Source: Gaiellales bacterium | GTDB taxonomy: Bacteria; Actinomycetota; Thermoleophilia; Gaiellales; JAICJC01 | Length of the DNA stretch: 45,958 nt | Direction of reading: 5' to 3' | Assembly (NCBI GenBank): GCA_035456145.1 | Contig: DATIDU010000340.1 | Coordinates: 1-45,958, forward strand | In this document: in pieces, positions 31,922-41,200 of the stretch | How the letters are laid out: each line of letters opens with the position of its first letter | How positions within the stretch are numbered: the first letter of the stretch is position 1 | Notes under the pieces: generated by a model | What the model was told of the DNA's origin: nothing | Database searches by the model: none | What the model saw: the letters and a program-made list of their open reading frames with translations, nothing else | Translations under genes and position numbers: made by a program

Positions 31922-33646
31922 ATGGGCCGGGTCCGCGCGGTACGGTTGCTGCGGATGGGATCGCTCCAAACCGACCCGTCGGCTCGCCATCCCACGGAAC
32001 CTCCCGCACGACGCGGCCGGAGTGAGGGCGAGGATCGTCTGATCGGGTTTGTGGTGGACGATCGATACCGGCTCGTGACGCGAGTCGGTGCCGGTGGCAT
32101 GGGTGTCGTCTACAGGGCGGAGCATCGCTACACCGGCGAGGTGGTCGCGATCAAGCTGCTGGTCGGCGACGCTCGAGGCGGAGCGAGCTGGGACGAGATC
32201 CGACGGCGGTTCCTGAAGGAGCCGCATCTGCTGGCGCTGGCTCGGCACCCGAACGTCCCGCGGGTCATCGACGCCGGTGTGGCAGGCGTCCAGCCATACA
32301 TCGTCACCGAGTACGTCGATGGCGAGGATCTCCAGCGGCGCCTCGATGCACACGGGACACTCGGGGTCGCTGAGACGCTCGCGATCTTGAACCAGGCGGC
32401 GGGGGCGTTGGATGCCGCTCACGAGCGCGGGATCGTCCACCGCGACGTGAAGCCCGCCAACGTCCTGATTCGATCCGACGGGCACGTCTTCCTGACTGAT
32501 TTCGGCGTGGCCAAGGACACGGCCTGGAACGCCGGCACGGTGATGTTCATCGGGACGACCTACTACGCCGCTCCAGAGCAGATCACGTTGGACGGCGTCG
32601 TCGACGGCCGGGCTGATGTCTATGCGCTCGGGGCAGTCATGTTCCATTGCCTCACCGGCTGCCCGCCGTTCGAGGGGAGCTCACCGTACGAGGTGATGAA
32701 CAGCCACGTCAGGGAGGCCGCGCCCTCGGCCTCGCTGACGCGACCCGGCTTGCCGGCCCCACTCGATGACGTGATCGCCCGGGCGCTCGCGAAGGATCCC
32801 GCGGATCGCCACTTGAGCTGCGCCGAGCTCGTCGGCCAGGCAGCCGCAGCGACCGGTACAGACCTCCGGGTTGTGTCGGTGCCCCCACCCAAGGCGGCGA
32901 AGACGAGCGCAGCAGAGCCCGGCGCCAGACCAGTGGCGCGCACGTACGCATACCCGACGTCGTCGCCACGACCGCGGTCGGCGCCCCGGAACCGGGTGAT
33001 CGAGGTGCCGACCGAGCCCCGGCCCGTCACGCTGTCATCGCGGCGAGCGGCGCGGCGCGGGTGGCGGCAGCCGGTGGCAACGGCGTTGATCGCGCTGGGG
33101 ATCGCCGCCGTGCTCAGCGGCGTCTTCGCCGTCGACCTCGGCGGCCGCGCCGGCAGGCAGGCCGGCCGGCGGCCGGTGACGCAGACGAAGCACGCTGCTC
33201 CTGCCCCAGACACGTCCGGCTTCACCGGCTATGCGGCCAAGCTTGCGAGTGCCTTTCCGGATCAGATCTCGTCGGCGAATTGCAGGGCGGAGCCGGATGC
33301 CGACTACCCCGACGCGCTCGCCATGATTCGCTGCTCCGTCCATGCCGGTCAGATCGAGGCGTACTACGAGCTGTGGCCGAGCCAGGAGACGATGAATCGC
33401 CTGCTGGACGACAACAGCAGCGGCCTGAACGTCTACTCCGCAGGTGTGTGGACCGACGCCGGCGGCACCCCGCAGGGACGGATCGACCGCTTCGTCGTCG
33501 GCCTGTTCGATCCCCGCAACGTCATCCTGTGGTCGTACCGCGCGCTCAATGCGACGATCTGGGCGCAAAGCACTCTGAGCCAGGATGAGCTCCTCTCCTG
33601 GTGGCGAACGACTGCGCCGCGTGTCGCCGTGCAGAGCCAGGTCTAG
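31922..33646 (+). CDS. Hanks-type Ser/Thr protein kinase with single TM and uncharacterised extracellular domain (574 aa)
   Basis: The glycine loop is VGAGGMGVVYRA, with VAIKLL following. The catalytic loop is HRDVKPANVLI. DFGVAKD and YYAAPEQ are present. The TM segment is VATALIALGIAAVLSGVFAV. No PASTA repeats. Confidence 0.9.
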   Translation: MGRVRAVRLLRMGSLQTDPSARHPTEPPARRGRSEGEDRLIGFVVDDRYRLVTRVGAGGMGVVYRAEHRYTGEVVAIKLLVGDARGGASWDEIRRRFLKEPHLLALARHPNVPRVIDAGVAGVQPYIVTEYVDGEDLQRRLDAHGTLGVAETLAILNQAAGALDAAHERGIVHRDVKPANVLIRSDGHVFLTDFGVAKDTAWNAGTVMFIGTTYYAAPEQITLDGVVDGRADVYALGAVMFHCLTGCPPFEGSSPYEVMNSHVREAAPSASLTRPGLPAPLDDVIARALAKDPADRHLSCAELVGQAAAATGTDLRVVSVPPPKAAKTSAAEPGARPVARTYAYPTSSPRPRSAPRNRVIEVPTEPRPVTLSSRRAARRGWRQPVATALIALGIAAVLSGVFAVDLGGRAGRQAGRRPVTQTKHAAPAPDTSGFTGYAAKLASAFPDQISSANCRAEPDADYPDALAMIRCSVHAGQIEAYYELWPSQETMNRLLDDNSSGLNVYSAGVWTDAGGTPQGRIDRFVVGLFDPRNVILWSYRALNATIWAQSTLSQDELLSWWRTTAPRVAVQSQV

Positions 33647-33668
33647 GCGGAGCTGCCGGCCGAACCAT

Positions 33669-34019
33669 CTACCAGTGCGCCGATGTCGCGACTCCCGCCA
33701 CGGCGAGGATCGCGAGTGCCACCACCGACACCCGCCGGGCGGTTCGGCGGGAGTGGTACGCGAGTGCCAGGCGGCCGACATCGAGCACCGAGCCAGCCGC
33801 CCGGAGCGCCGCCACCGGGTCGCGTCGTGCGTCGGTGAGCAGCCGGCCCTGCCAGTAGCGGATCATGCTTCGGGCCTCGGCACGTGCAGAGCGTCGGTAG
33901 AGCGGCAGACGCCGATGCCGCCGCAACCAGAACCCGAGCGCTTCCACCGATTCCGGAACCGCGGGAGCGAGCATCTCCCGGATGATCCGATCGTCATCCC
34001 GGCCGCTCGTCGACATCAT
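33669..34019 (-). CDS. small tail-anchored membrane protein, hypothetical (116 aa)
   Basis: The ATG overlaps the stop of the upstream cNMP-binding gene (ATGA at 34019-34016). The body is basic and soluble. A single C-terminal TM is VSVVALAILAVAGVATSAHW. GC3 is high. Confidence 0.6.
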   Translation of the reverse strand: MMSTSGRDDDRIIREMLAPAVPESVEALGFWLRRHRRLPLYRRSARAEARSMIRYWQGRLLTDARRDPVAALRAAGSVLDVGRLALAYHSRRTARRVSVVALAILAVAGVATSAHW

Positions 34020-34528
34020 CTCGTCGCCGTCTCCTGCTCGGCCTCCCAGAGGCGACGGCCGACGGTCTCGAGCAGGTGCACCGCGATCGCAGGCTCCCGC
34101 TCGAGCAGGCGCCGGAACGTCGCGCGTCTGATCCGCAGCACCCACAGATCTCGCGTGGCGATGACGCTGGCCGAGCGGGGCCGGCCCGTGAGCAGGCTCA
34201 GCTCGCCGAGCATGGTTCCGCTCTCCACCTCCGCCACCGGGACGCCGCCGCGCTCGATGCGGGCCGCGCCGGTGAGGAGCACGAAGGCCGCTTCTCCCGT
34301 GAACCCTTCGCGCAGGATCACGGTGCCGGCCGTGATCTCGGCGATCTCGGCCTGCTCGGCGATCCGGCGGCGCTGGCGGCCGCTCAGCCCGGCGAAGACA
34401 GGGATCTCCGCCAGCACCTGCGCCACCAGCTTCGGCGTTCCTGCGGAGTAGGCGCTCGCACGACCCGTCTCTGCGACCGCGTCGAGCAGCAGTCCGGATC
34501 GGATCCGCGACACATCCGAGCCGTTCAC
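34016..34528 (-). CDS. stand-alone cyclic nucleotide-binding domain protein (170 aa)
   Basis: IPVFAGLSGRQRRRIAEQAEIAEITAGTVILREGFTGEAAFVLLTGAARIE...GTMLGELSLLTGRPRSASVIA...FRRLLEREPAIAVHLLETV is a canonical CNB beta-roll plus phosphate-binding cassette. There is no HTH or other output domain. Confidence 0.85.
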   Translation of the reverse strand: MNGSDVSRIRSGLLLDAVAETGRASAYSAGTPKLVAQVLAEIPVFAGLSGRQRRRIAEQAEIAEITAGTVILREGFTGEAAFVLLTGAARIERGGVPVAEVESGTMLGELSLLTGRPRSASVIATRDLWVLRIRRATFRRLLEREPAIAVHLLETVGRRLWEAEQETATR

Positions 34529-34616
34529 GAGGGGGTTCTACCACACCCGCTGGGGCTGGTGCGTTCATGCGCCCGGCATGATTCGCACGCACGCGCTGTT
34601 GCTACAGTGGCCGGCG

Positions 34617-34922
34617 ATGGCGGGAAGCATCGTCATGGTGTTCCTGACGGTTCCGGCCGAGGCCCGGGAGGCGGCCTCCCGGTCGCTTGCGACCGCCGAG
34701 ACCGGCTACCGCGACGTGACGGCAACCACGGCCGTCGCCTATATCGAGTCCGCCGGGACGCAGCTCGAGGACAAGGAGCTCTTGCTGGTGTCGGCGCGCT
34801 CCGACCAGCCGCCGACGACCGCGCTGGCCGCGCACTTCTGGCACTCGGTCGAGGCGACGCTGTTTCGCGACGGCATCTCTGCGGTCGAGCACATGACCGC
34901 GTACGCCGTCTCCGACGGCTAA
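34617..34922 (+). CDS. hypothetical small protein (101 aa; alternative start 34578)
   Basis: GC3 bias is clean throughout (MAGSIVMVFLTVPAEAREAASRSLATAETGYRD...). No motif recognised. The long minus-strand ORF 34602..35726 opposite is Arg/Gly-rich shadow. Confidence 0.45.
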   Translation: MAGSIVMVFLTVPAEAREAASRSLATAETGYRDVTATTAVAYIESAGTQLEDKELLLVSARSDQPPTTALAAHFWHSVEATLFRDGISAVEHMTAYAVSDG

Positions 34923-35015
34923 CCCACCCGCGGATGCGGGGAATTCCCTGATGACCGGCGGGGCTGCCTCCAATACCATTCCGAGGGCAAGGCATCGCAA
35001 TCGCGGAGGTCGACG

Positions 35016-36077
35016 GTGAACGCCAACGACACTGACGCGGGGTCGGTTCCGCCGGTGGGCGGTGAGCGCAGTGCCCGGTCCGACCAGGTCGAGGCGACCG
35101 GCTGGGCGGCCGAGCTCGAGCGGCTGGCGGGAGGGTCGTGGATGGCGCTCTCGACCGGCGAGGTGGCGCTGCGAGGGGCGTCGCACTACCTGGCGCCCGA
35201 GGCGATACGCGAGCGCAAGGAGCGGCTCGTCCGGGAGCGCGCCGAGACGCTCAACCAGCTTCACGGCCTCGCGCGCGACCATCACACCGACAGCCCGCTC
35301 CTGCACTGGCTCGACGAGCCCGCCGTCGCCCGCCGGCTGCTCGGCCTGCCCCATGAGGTGACGGCCTGCGTCTTCGACCTGGACAGCGTGCTCACCACCA
35401 GCACCAGCGTCCACATCGCCGCCTGGGCCGATACGCTCGATTCGTTCCTGCTGGCGCGGGCGGCCCGGTTGCGCGAGCCGTTCGTCCCGTTCGACCGCGA
35501 TCGCGACTACCAGGCCTTCGTCGCCGAACGGCCGCGCCTGGAGGGGGTGCGCGCCTTCCTGACAAGCCGCGGTATCAGGCTGGCGGAGGGTGACGCCGAC
35601 GACGCTCCCGACGCCGAGACGGTGCACGGCCTCGCCAACCGCAAGGAGGAGGCGCTCGAACGCCATCTGGCGCGCGACGGCGTTGCCGCCTATGTCGGCT
35701 CGCGGTGCTACCTGGAGGCGGCGCACCTGGTCGGGATCGGCCGGGCGGTGGTCTCATCCAGCGCGAACACCATTGAGATCCTCGATCGCGCCGGTCTCGC
35801 GCATCTGGTCGACCGGCGGGTGGATGCCGCCACGATCGCGGCCGGGCGGCTCGCATCCAAGCCGGCGCCCGACACGCTGATCGCGGCGTGCGAGCTCCTG
35901 GGCGTTGAGCCCGACCAGGCCGCCGACTTCGAGACGACGCCCGCCGGCATCGCCGCCGCCCGCGAGGCCGGCTTCCGCGCGGTGATCGCCATTCAGCGTG
36001 AAGGCCCGGCCGACGAGTTGCACGCCGCCGCCCCGGACGTGGTCGTGAACGACCTGGCGCAGCTTCTCGAGCACTAA
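35016..36077 (+). CDS. HAD-superfamily hydrolase (beta-phosphoglucomutase-like) with an N-terminal extension of about 115 aa (353 aa)
   Basis: HAD motif I is ACVFDLDSVLT. Motif II is in the VVSSSAN context. Motif III/IV region is KPAPDTLIAA...ADFETTPAGIAAAREAGF. GTG start at 35016. Confidence 0.8.
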   Translation: MNANDTDAGSVPPVGGERSARSDQVEATGWAAELERLAGGSWMALSTGEVALRGASHYLAPEAIRERKERLVRERAETLNQLHGLARDHHTDSPLLHWLDEPAVARRLLGLPHEVTACVFDLDSVLTTSTSVHIAAWADTLDSFLLARAARLREPFVPFDRDRDYQAFVAERPRLEGVRAFLTSRGIRLAEGDADDAPDAETVHGLANRKEEALERHLARDGVAAYVGSRCYLEAAHLVGIGRAVVSSSANTIEILDRAGLAHLVDRRVDAATIAAGRLASKPAPDTLIAACELLGVEPDQAADFETTPAGIAAAREAGFRAVIAIQREGPADELHAAAPDVVVNDLAQLLEH

Positions 36078-36113
36078 GCGTGAACCTCCCCGGTGCGAGA
36101 AGATAGGTGACCT

Positions 36114-37052
36114 GTGCGCCCGTACCTGCGTCGGTGCATCGCTGGGGCAAGCCGGCTCGGGCGCGTGCTCGTGCTGGCGGCGGACCGCTACTGGGCGGAT
36201 AGCTGTCCGCAGCAGGCGGCGGGGATCGCCTACCGCGTGCTGTTCTCCATCGTGCCGCTCGCCATCGTGCTGGTCTCGCTGTTCGGGCTCGTCCTGAACG
36301 ATCAGGACGTGCACAACGCGGTCGTGGACGCGATCGCCGGCGCACTGCCGGCCGCGGCCGCGGATCGCGCGGACGTCGCCGATGCCATCACCGGACTTGC
36401 CGACACCTCGGGGCTCGTCGGGCTCATCACGCTGGGAGTGTTCGTCTGGGCGGCGACCGGCATGATGGCGTCGATCAGGGCCGGTCTCGAGGTCGCGATC
36501 CACGCCCCCCGCTCCCGGCCGATGGCTCGAGGCAAGCTGGTCGACCTGGCGCTCGTCCTCGGTGCCGCTCTGCTGGTGCTGGCGACCGTGGCGGCGACGC
36601 TGCTCGACAAGATGGCACAGCACGCTCTGCGCCACATCGACGCGGCCACCGGTCTGGAGAGCAGCCCGGCGGCGGAGTGGCTGCCGCGGCTGGTGGCCGT
36701 GGGCGGGTCGGTGGGCGTCGCGATGCTGCTCTACCGGTTTGTGCCGGCGGGCCGGCTGCGTCGCTCGGAGGCGCTGGCCGGCGCGGTGACGACGTCCGTG
36801 CTGCTCCTTGCGATCTCGCTGGCTTCGAGCCGGGTCTACGACGGCGTGACGCGCCTGAGCGTCGTGTACGGATCGCTGACCGCGGTCTTCGTGTTCCTCT
36901 ACTCCGTGTACCTCTACGCGTCGGCGCTGCTCTTCGGCGGCGAGGTGGCGGCGGCGTGGTCGGTGCCGCCGGAACCGAGCGGCGACCCGTGGCGCGTCCA
37001 GCTGCGCCGCGCGGTGCGCGGTCTCTTCCGGTCGGATGAGGAGGCGCGGTAG
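36114..37052 (+). CDS. YihY/BrkB (ribonuclease BN-like) family membrane protein (312 aa)
   Basis: YWADSCPQQAAGIAYRVLFSIVPLAIVLVSLFG starts the product. Multiple TM helices follow. The C-terminal region SLTAVFVFLYSVYLYASALLFGGEVAAA is the typical family pattern. Confidence 0.85.
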   Translation: MRPYLRRCIAGASRLGRVLVLAADRYWADSCPQQAAGIAYRVLFSIVPLAIVLVSLFGLVLNDQDVHNAVVDAIAGALPAAAADRADVADAITGLADTSGLVGLITLGVFVWAATGMMASIRAGLEVAIHAPRSRPMARGKLVDLALVLGAALLVLATVAATLLDKMAQHALRHIDAATGLESSPAAEWLPRLVAVGGSVGVAMLLYRFVPAGRLRRSEALAGAVTTSVLLLAISLASSRVYDGVTRLSVVYGSLTAVFVFLYSVYLYASALLFGGEVAAAWSVPPEPSGDPWRVQLRRAVRGLFRSDEEAR

Positions 37053-37165
37053 ACGCCGACTCATCTCGGTCCAACGTTCTCAGCTTCCTCGCAGGAACTC
37101 ACCGGTCCGCCCACAGGTCATGCCGCAACGCTGCCGACACGTGGCATCGCAACGAAGGAGAACCA

Positions 37166-38218
37166 GTGGAGCTCGAACACACAGGGCGGCAGCCGGGCAT
37201 GGAGCCATCCCGCCGCTTCCGTATGCGCATCGTCCTGGCAGCGCTCGTCGCTGCCGTCGCAGCGCTCATCGCCGTTCTTGTCCTCGCTCGCGGGCAGACG
37301 CAGTCGACGTCCGTCGGCACCGGAGTCGTCGTCATCGAGACGAACCTCGGCTATCAGGGCGGGCAGGCCGCGGGCACCGGGATGGTGCTGACGTCGTCGG
37401 GTGAGGTGTTGACCAACAACCACGTCATCCGCGGCGCGACGGACATCAAGGTCGTGGTGCCGAGCACGGGCCGCAGCTATTCGGCCGAGGTCGTCGGCTA
37501 TTCCGTCTCGGACGACGTCGCCGTCATCCAGGCGAGCGGTGCCTCGGATCTGAAGACCGCGTCCCTCGGCGATTCCGAGACCGTGAACGCCGGCCAGTCC
37601 GTGCAGGCTGTCGGAAACGCCGGCGGCACCGGCCGGCTCACCACCGCCGCCGGGACCGTGACCAACGTTGACCGTTCGATCACCGTGAACGACGACCAGG
37701 GGGGAAGCGAGAGCCTGAGCGGGCTGATCGAGACCAATGCAGCCGTGAAGCCCGGCGACTCCGGAGGGCCCCTTTTGAACGGGGACGGCGAGGTGATCGG
37801 GATGGACACGGCCGCGTCCGTCGCGAACGAGATCGATCAGACAGGAACGAGCGCCGGGTACGCGATTCCGATCAACAAGGCAGCGGCGATCGCCGAGCAG
37901 ATCGACAGCGGCAACGACTCGGCGACGATCCACGTCGGAGGCACCGCCTTCCTCGGCGTCGAGGCCACCTCGAACAGCTACGGAGGTAGCGGTGCGGCCA
38001 TCGCGACGGTCGTGCCGGGGAGCCCCGCGGAGGCTGCGGGCCTGGTTCCCGGCGACCTGATCACCTCGGTCGGCGGCCACACGGTCTCATCCCCGGATGA
38101 GCTCAGCGCGATCGTGATGACCCAGAAGCCCGGCGCCTCCGTCTCAGCGATCTTCCTCGATCAGGAGGGAGCGACCCAGACCACGAACCTCACGCTGGCA
38201 AGCGGGCCGCCACGCTAG
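37166..38218 (+). CDS. membrane-anchored HtrA-family (S1C) serine protease with PDZ domain (350 aa)
   Basis: GAAGGAGA RBS and GTG start. The TM anchor is MRIVLAALVAAVAALIAVLVLA. Triad contexts are LTNNHVIRG, SDDVAVIQA and GDSGGPLLNGDGEVIGM. The PDZ region is FLGVEA...GSPAEAAGLVPGDLITSVGG. Confidence 0.9.
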   Translation: MELEHTGRQPGMEPSRRFRMRIVLAALVAAVAALIAVLVLARGQTQSTSVGTGVVVIETNLGYQGGQAAGTGMVLTSSGEVLTNNHVIRGATDIKVVVPSTGRSYSAEVVGYSVSDDVAVIQASGASDLKTASLGDSETVNAGQSVQAVGNAGGTGRLTTAAGTVTNVDRSITVNDDQGGSESLSGLIETNAAVKPGDSGGPLLNGDGEVIGMDTAASVANEIDQTGTSAGYAIPINKAAAIAEQIDSGNDSATIHVGGTAFLGVEATSNSYGGSGAAIATVVPGSPAEAAGLVPGDLITSVGGHTVSSPDELSAIVMTQKPGASVSAIFLDQEGATQTTNLTLASGPPR

Positions 38219-38245
38219 GCACAGCTGACGAGATACCCTCGCCAC

Positions 38246-41200
38246 GTGACAATCTGCACGCGTTGCGGGCAGGAGAACCCGGAGGGTGCGCGGTTCTGCA
38301 ATGCGTGCGCCGCGCCGCTCGGGGGCATCGAGCGGGGCGAGGAGCGCAAGCTGGCGACGATGGTGTTCGCCGACCTCGCCGGCTCGACCGAGCTCGGAGG
38401 CCGGCTCGACCCCGAACGCCTGCGGTCGTTGCTCCAGCGGTATTTCGCCGCCGTCGCCGCGTGTGTCGACTCATGGGGCGGCACCGTCGAGAAGTACATC
38501 GGTGACGCCGTCCTGGCGGTGTTCGGCGTCCCGGCGGCGCGCGAGGACGATGCGGAGCGAGCCGTGCGAGCTGCCCTCGAGATCGTGCAACGGCTGGAGG
38601 AGCTGAACCCAGGCTTCGAGCGGCACTATGGCGTAACACTCCGGGTTCGCGTCGGAGTGAACACCGGGGAGGTGATCGCGCCGGCGAGCGCCGACGCGAG
38701 CCAGGCGATCGTCGCCGGCGACGCGGTGAACGTTGCCGCGCGCCTGGAGCAGGCCGCCCGGCCGGGGACCGTCCTGGTCGGTCGGCGAACGCATGCGGCG
38801 ACGAGGCGCGCATTCCGCTTCGAGGACCCGATCGCGCTCACGCTCAAGGGGAAGGAGGGCACCGTCGACGGGTACCGGGTGCTCGGGCCGGAGGCGGGGA
38901 TGGAAGGCATGCGAGCGCCCATCGGGCTCACGACCGGCATGGTCGGCCGGGGGCGGGAGATCGACGCCCTGATGACGAGCCTCGATCAGGCGGCGGCGGC
39001 GAACCAGGTGCGGACGGTCTTCGTGTGCGGTCCCGCCGGCATCGGGAAGAGCCGACTGGTGCAGGAGTTCGTCGACCGCGCCGGCCGTCTCGAGCCTGGA
39101 CCGGCCGTCTACCGCGGGCGCTGCCTCGCGGCAGGTCGAGGGATCACCTACTGGGCGCTCGGCGAGATCCTGCGATCGGCGTTCGGCATCGCTCTCGACG
39201 ATCCCTCGGAGGAGGCAGGCGACAAGCTGCGCAACGGGGTGCGCGAAGGCCTGACGCACGCCGGCGCGACGAACGACGAGGTGCAGTCGATGACCTACGC
39301 TCTTGCCGCATCGGCCAGCCTCTCGCTCCCGGGAAGCCCGCTCGAAAGAGTGCAGCCGCAGGAGGTGGGCGAGCACATCGCCCGGGCCTGGCCGCGGCTG
39401 GTGACCGCGCTCGCAGGGCGCGGTCCGCTGGTGCTCGTGTTCGAGGATCTCCACTGGGCGGACGACCGGCTCATGGACATGCTGCACACGCTGGCGGTCC
39501 GTCCACAGGGCCCGGTGCTGCTCGTCGCGACGGCGCGGCCGGACGGGCCGGATGTCCTCGCGCTTTCCGATCGGATTCCGGGTGCGGTAACGATCGGGCT
39601 CGATGCGCTGTCGGAGGCGGAGAGCGGGGAGCTCGTCACCGGGCTGCTCTCGGGGGCGGAGCTGCCGTCAGGGCTGCGCGGCCAGATCCTGGGGCGGGCC
39701 GAGGGCAATCCCCTCTTCCTCGAGGAGCTCGTCGGGCGCCTGATCGACGAGGGAGCGCTCGTGCGCGAGGGCGATCGATGGGTGGCGGCGCCCGGCGCCG
39801 GCCTCGCCGTGCTGCCGGACACCGTTCACGCGGTCCTGTCGGCCCGCCTCGACTGGCTGCCGCCGGACGAGAAGCGGGCGATCCAGGAGGCGTCGGTGGT
39901 GGGGCGGTCATTCTGGGCGGAGCCCGTCGCGCGGGCGCTGCCGCAGGTCGGCGTGGGCCACTGCCTGGCCGAGCTCGAGCGGAAGGGGTTTCTCACGGCG
40001 CAGCCGGCGTCGAGCTTCGCCGGGCAGGCCGAGTTTCAGTTCAGGCACGCGCTGATCCGGGACGTGGCGTACGAGAGCCTCTCCAGAGCGCGTCGCGCGC
40101 GTGCGCACGCGGAGGTGGCGGCGTGGATGACGAGCGTCTCGGGAGGGCGTGCCGAGGAGGTGGCGGAGCTCGTTGCCCATCACTACTCGGCCGCGGTCAC
40201 CGGCGACGCCGACCTGGCGTGGCTCGACGAACCCGACCGGCGAGACGCGATCGCCGGCAGGGCGTTCGACGCGCTCCGCTTTGCCGGGACGGTCGCTCGG
40301 CGCAGGTACGCGGTGGAGCGCGCGGTGGAGCTGCACGAGCAGGCGATCGCGCTCGCCCCCAACCGTGCGGCCCGGGCCAGAGCGCTCGAGGCGCTGGGCG
40401 ACGACCACGATGCGGTTCTCCACGGCGACGCCGCGCTCTCCGCCTACCGCGAGGCGATCTCGGTGCTCCGGGGCGAACCGGCGGCCGAGGACCGCCGGGG
40501 CCGGATCTGCATGAAGGCGGCGCGGATGATCCTCGAGAAGAGCGGTGCGTTCAGCGCCGCCATGGAGCCGGCGCTCATCGACGAGCTCGTGAGCGAGGGG
40601 CTCGCGTGCGCATCCGACCGGGACATTCGCGCCTGGCTGCGTGCGCTCTGGGGCGCGACCGCCATCTGGTGGGTCAACGCCGGCGCCGAGCTCTCGTCGC
40701 TCGACGAGCGGGTCGAGTCGCTCTCGGCGTCGCTTCTCGCCGCCCGGGGCGCGTCGCTCCCGGAGCTCGAAGCGTTCGCCCAGGAGTACCTCTGCGAGAT
40801 TCACATGGCGCGCGGCGCCTACGGCGAGGTGGCCGAGCTCAGTCGCAGCACCGGCGTCTTCGACAGGATGGCGTCGCCGGCGGGATGCTCGCTGGGTCTC
40901 GTCGAGACGGCGATCTGGGCACGAGACGTCGCCGGCGAGCCGGAGCGGGCGCTCGCGCTCGGGATGCGCGCGTTCGACATCGCGCGCGACCTGAGCCCGC
41001 ACGATCTGATGCACGCGACCGGGTTCGTCATCCCGGCGCTCTATCAGCTCGGACGATGGCTCGAGCTCGACCCGGTTCTCGACGAGCATGTCGCGGCCTT
41101 CGCCGACGAGGCCGACGCCACGTGCGAGCTGCTGCACGGCGGGATCCTCGCCGGTGCAACCCGGTTCGCTCAGGGCGGCGACCTCGAGAAGGCCGACGAA

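Noticed and set aside
30359-32647. 762-aa minus ORF, and similar shadows 39908..41734, 42743..44230, 24228..26081, 35754..37064, 37118..38080 and 34602..35726
   Set aside because: All lie opposite plus-strand genes with clear motifs (kinase, cyclase-STAND, sulfatase, S55-like, YihY, HtrA, HAD). All have Arg/Gly/Asp-rich featureless translations.
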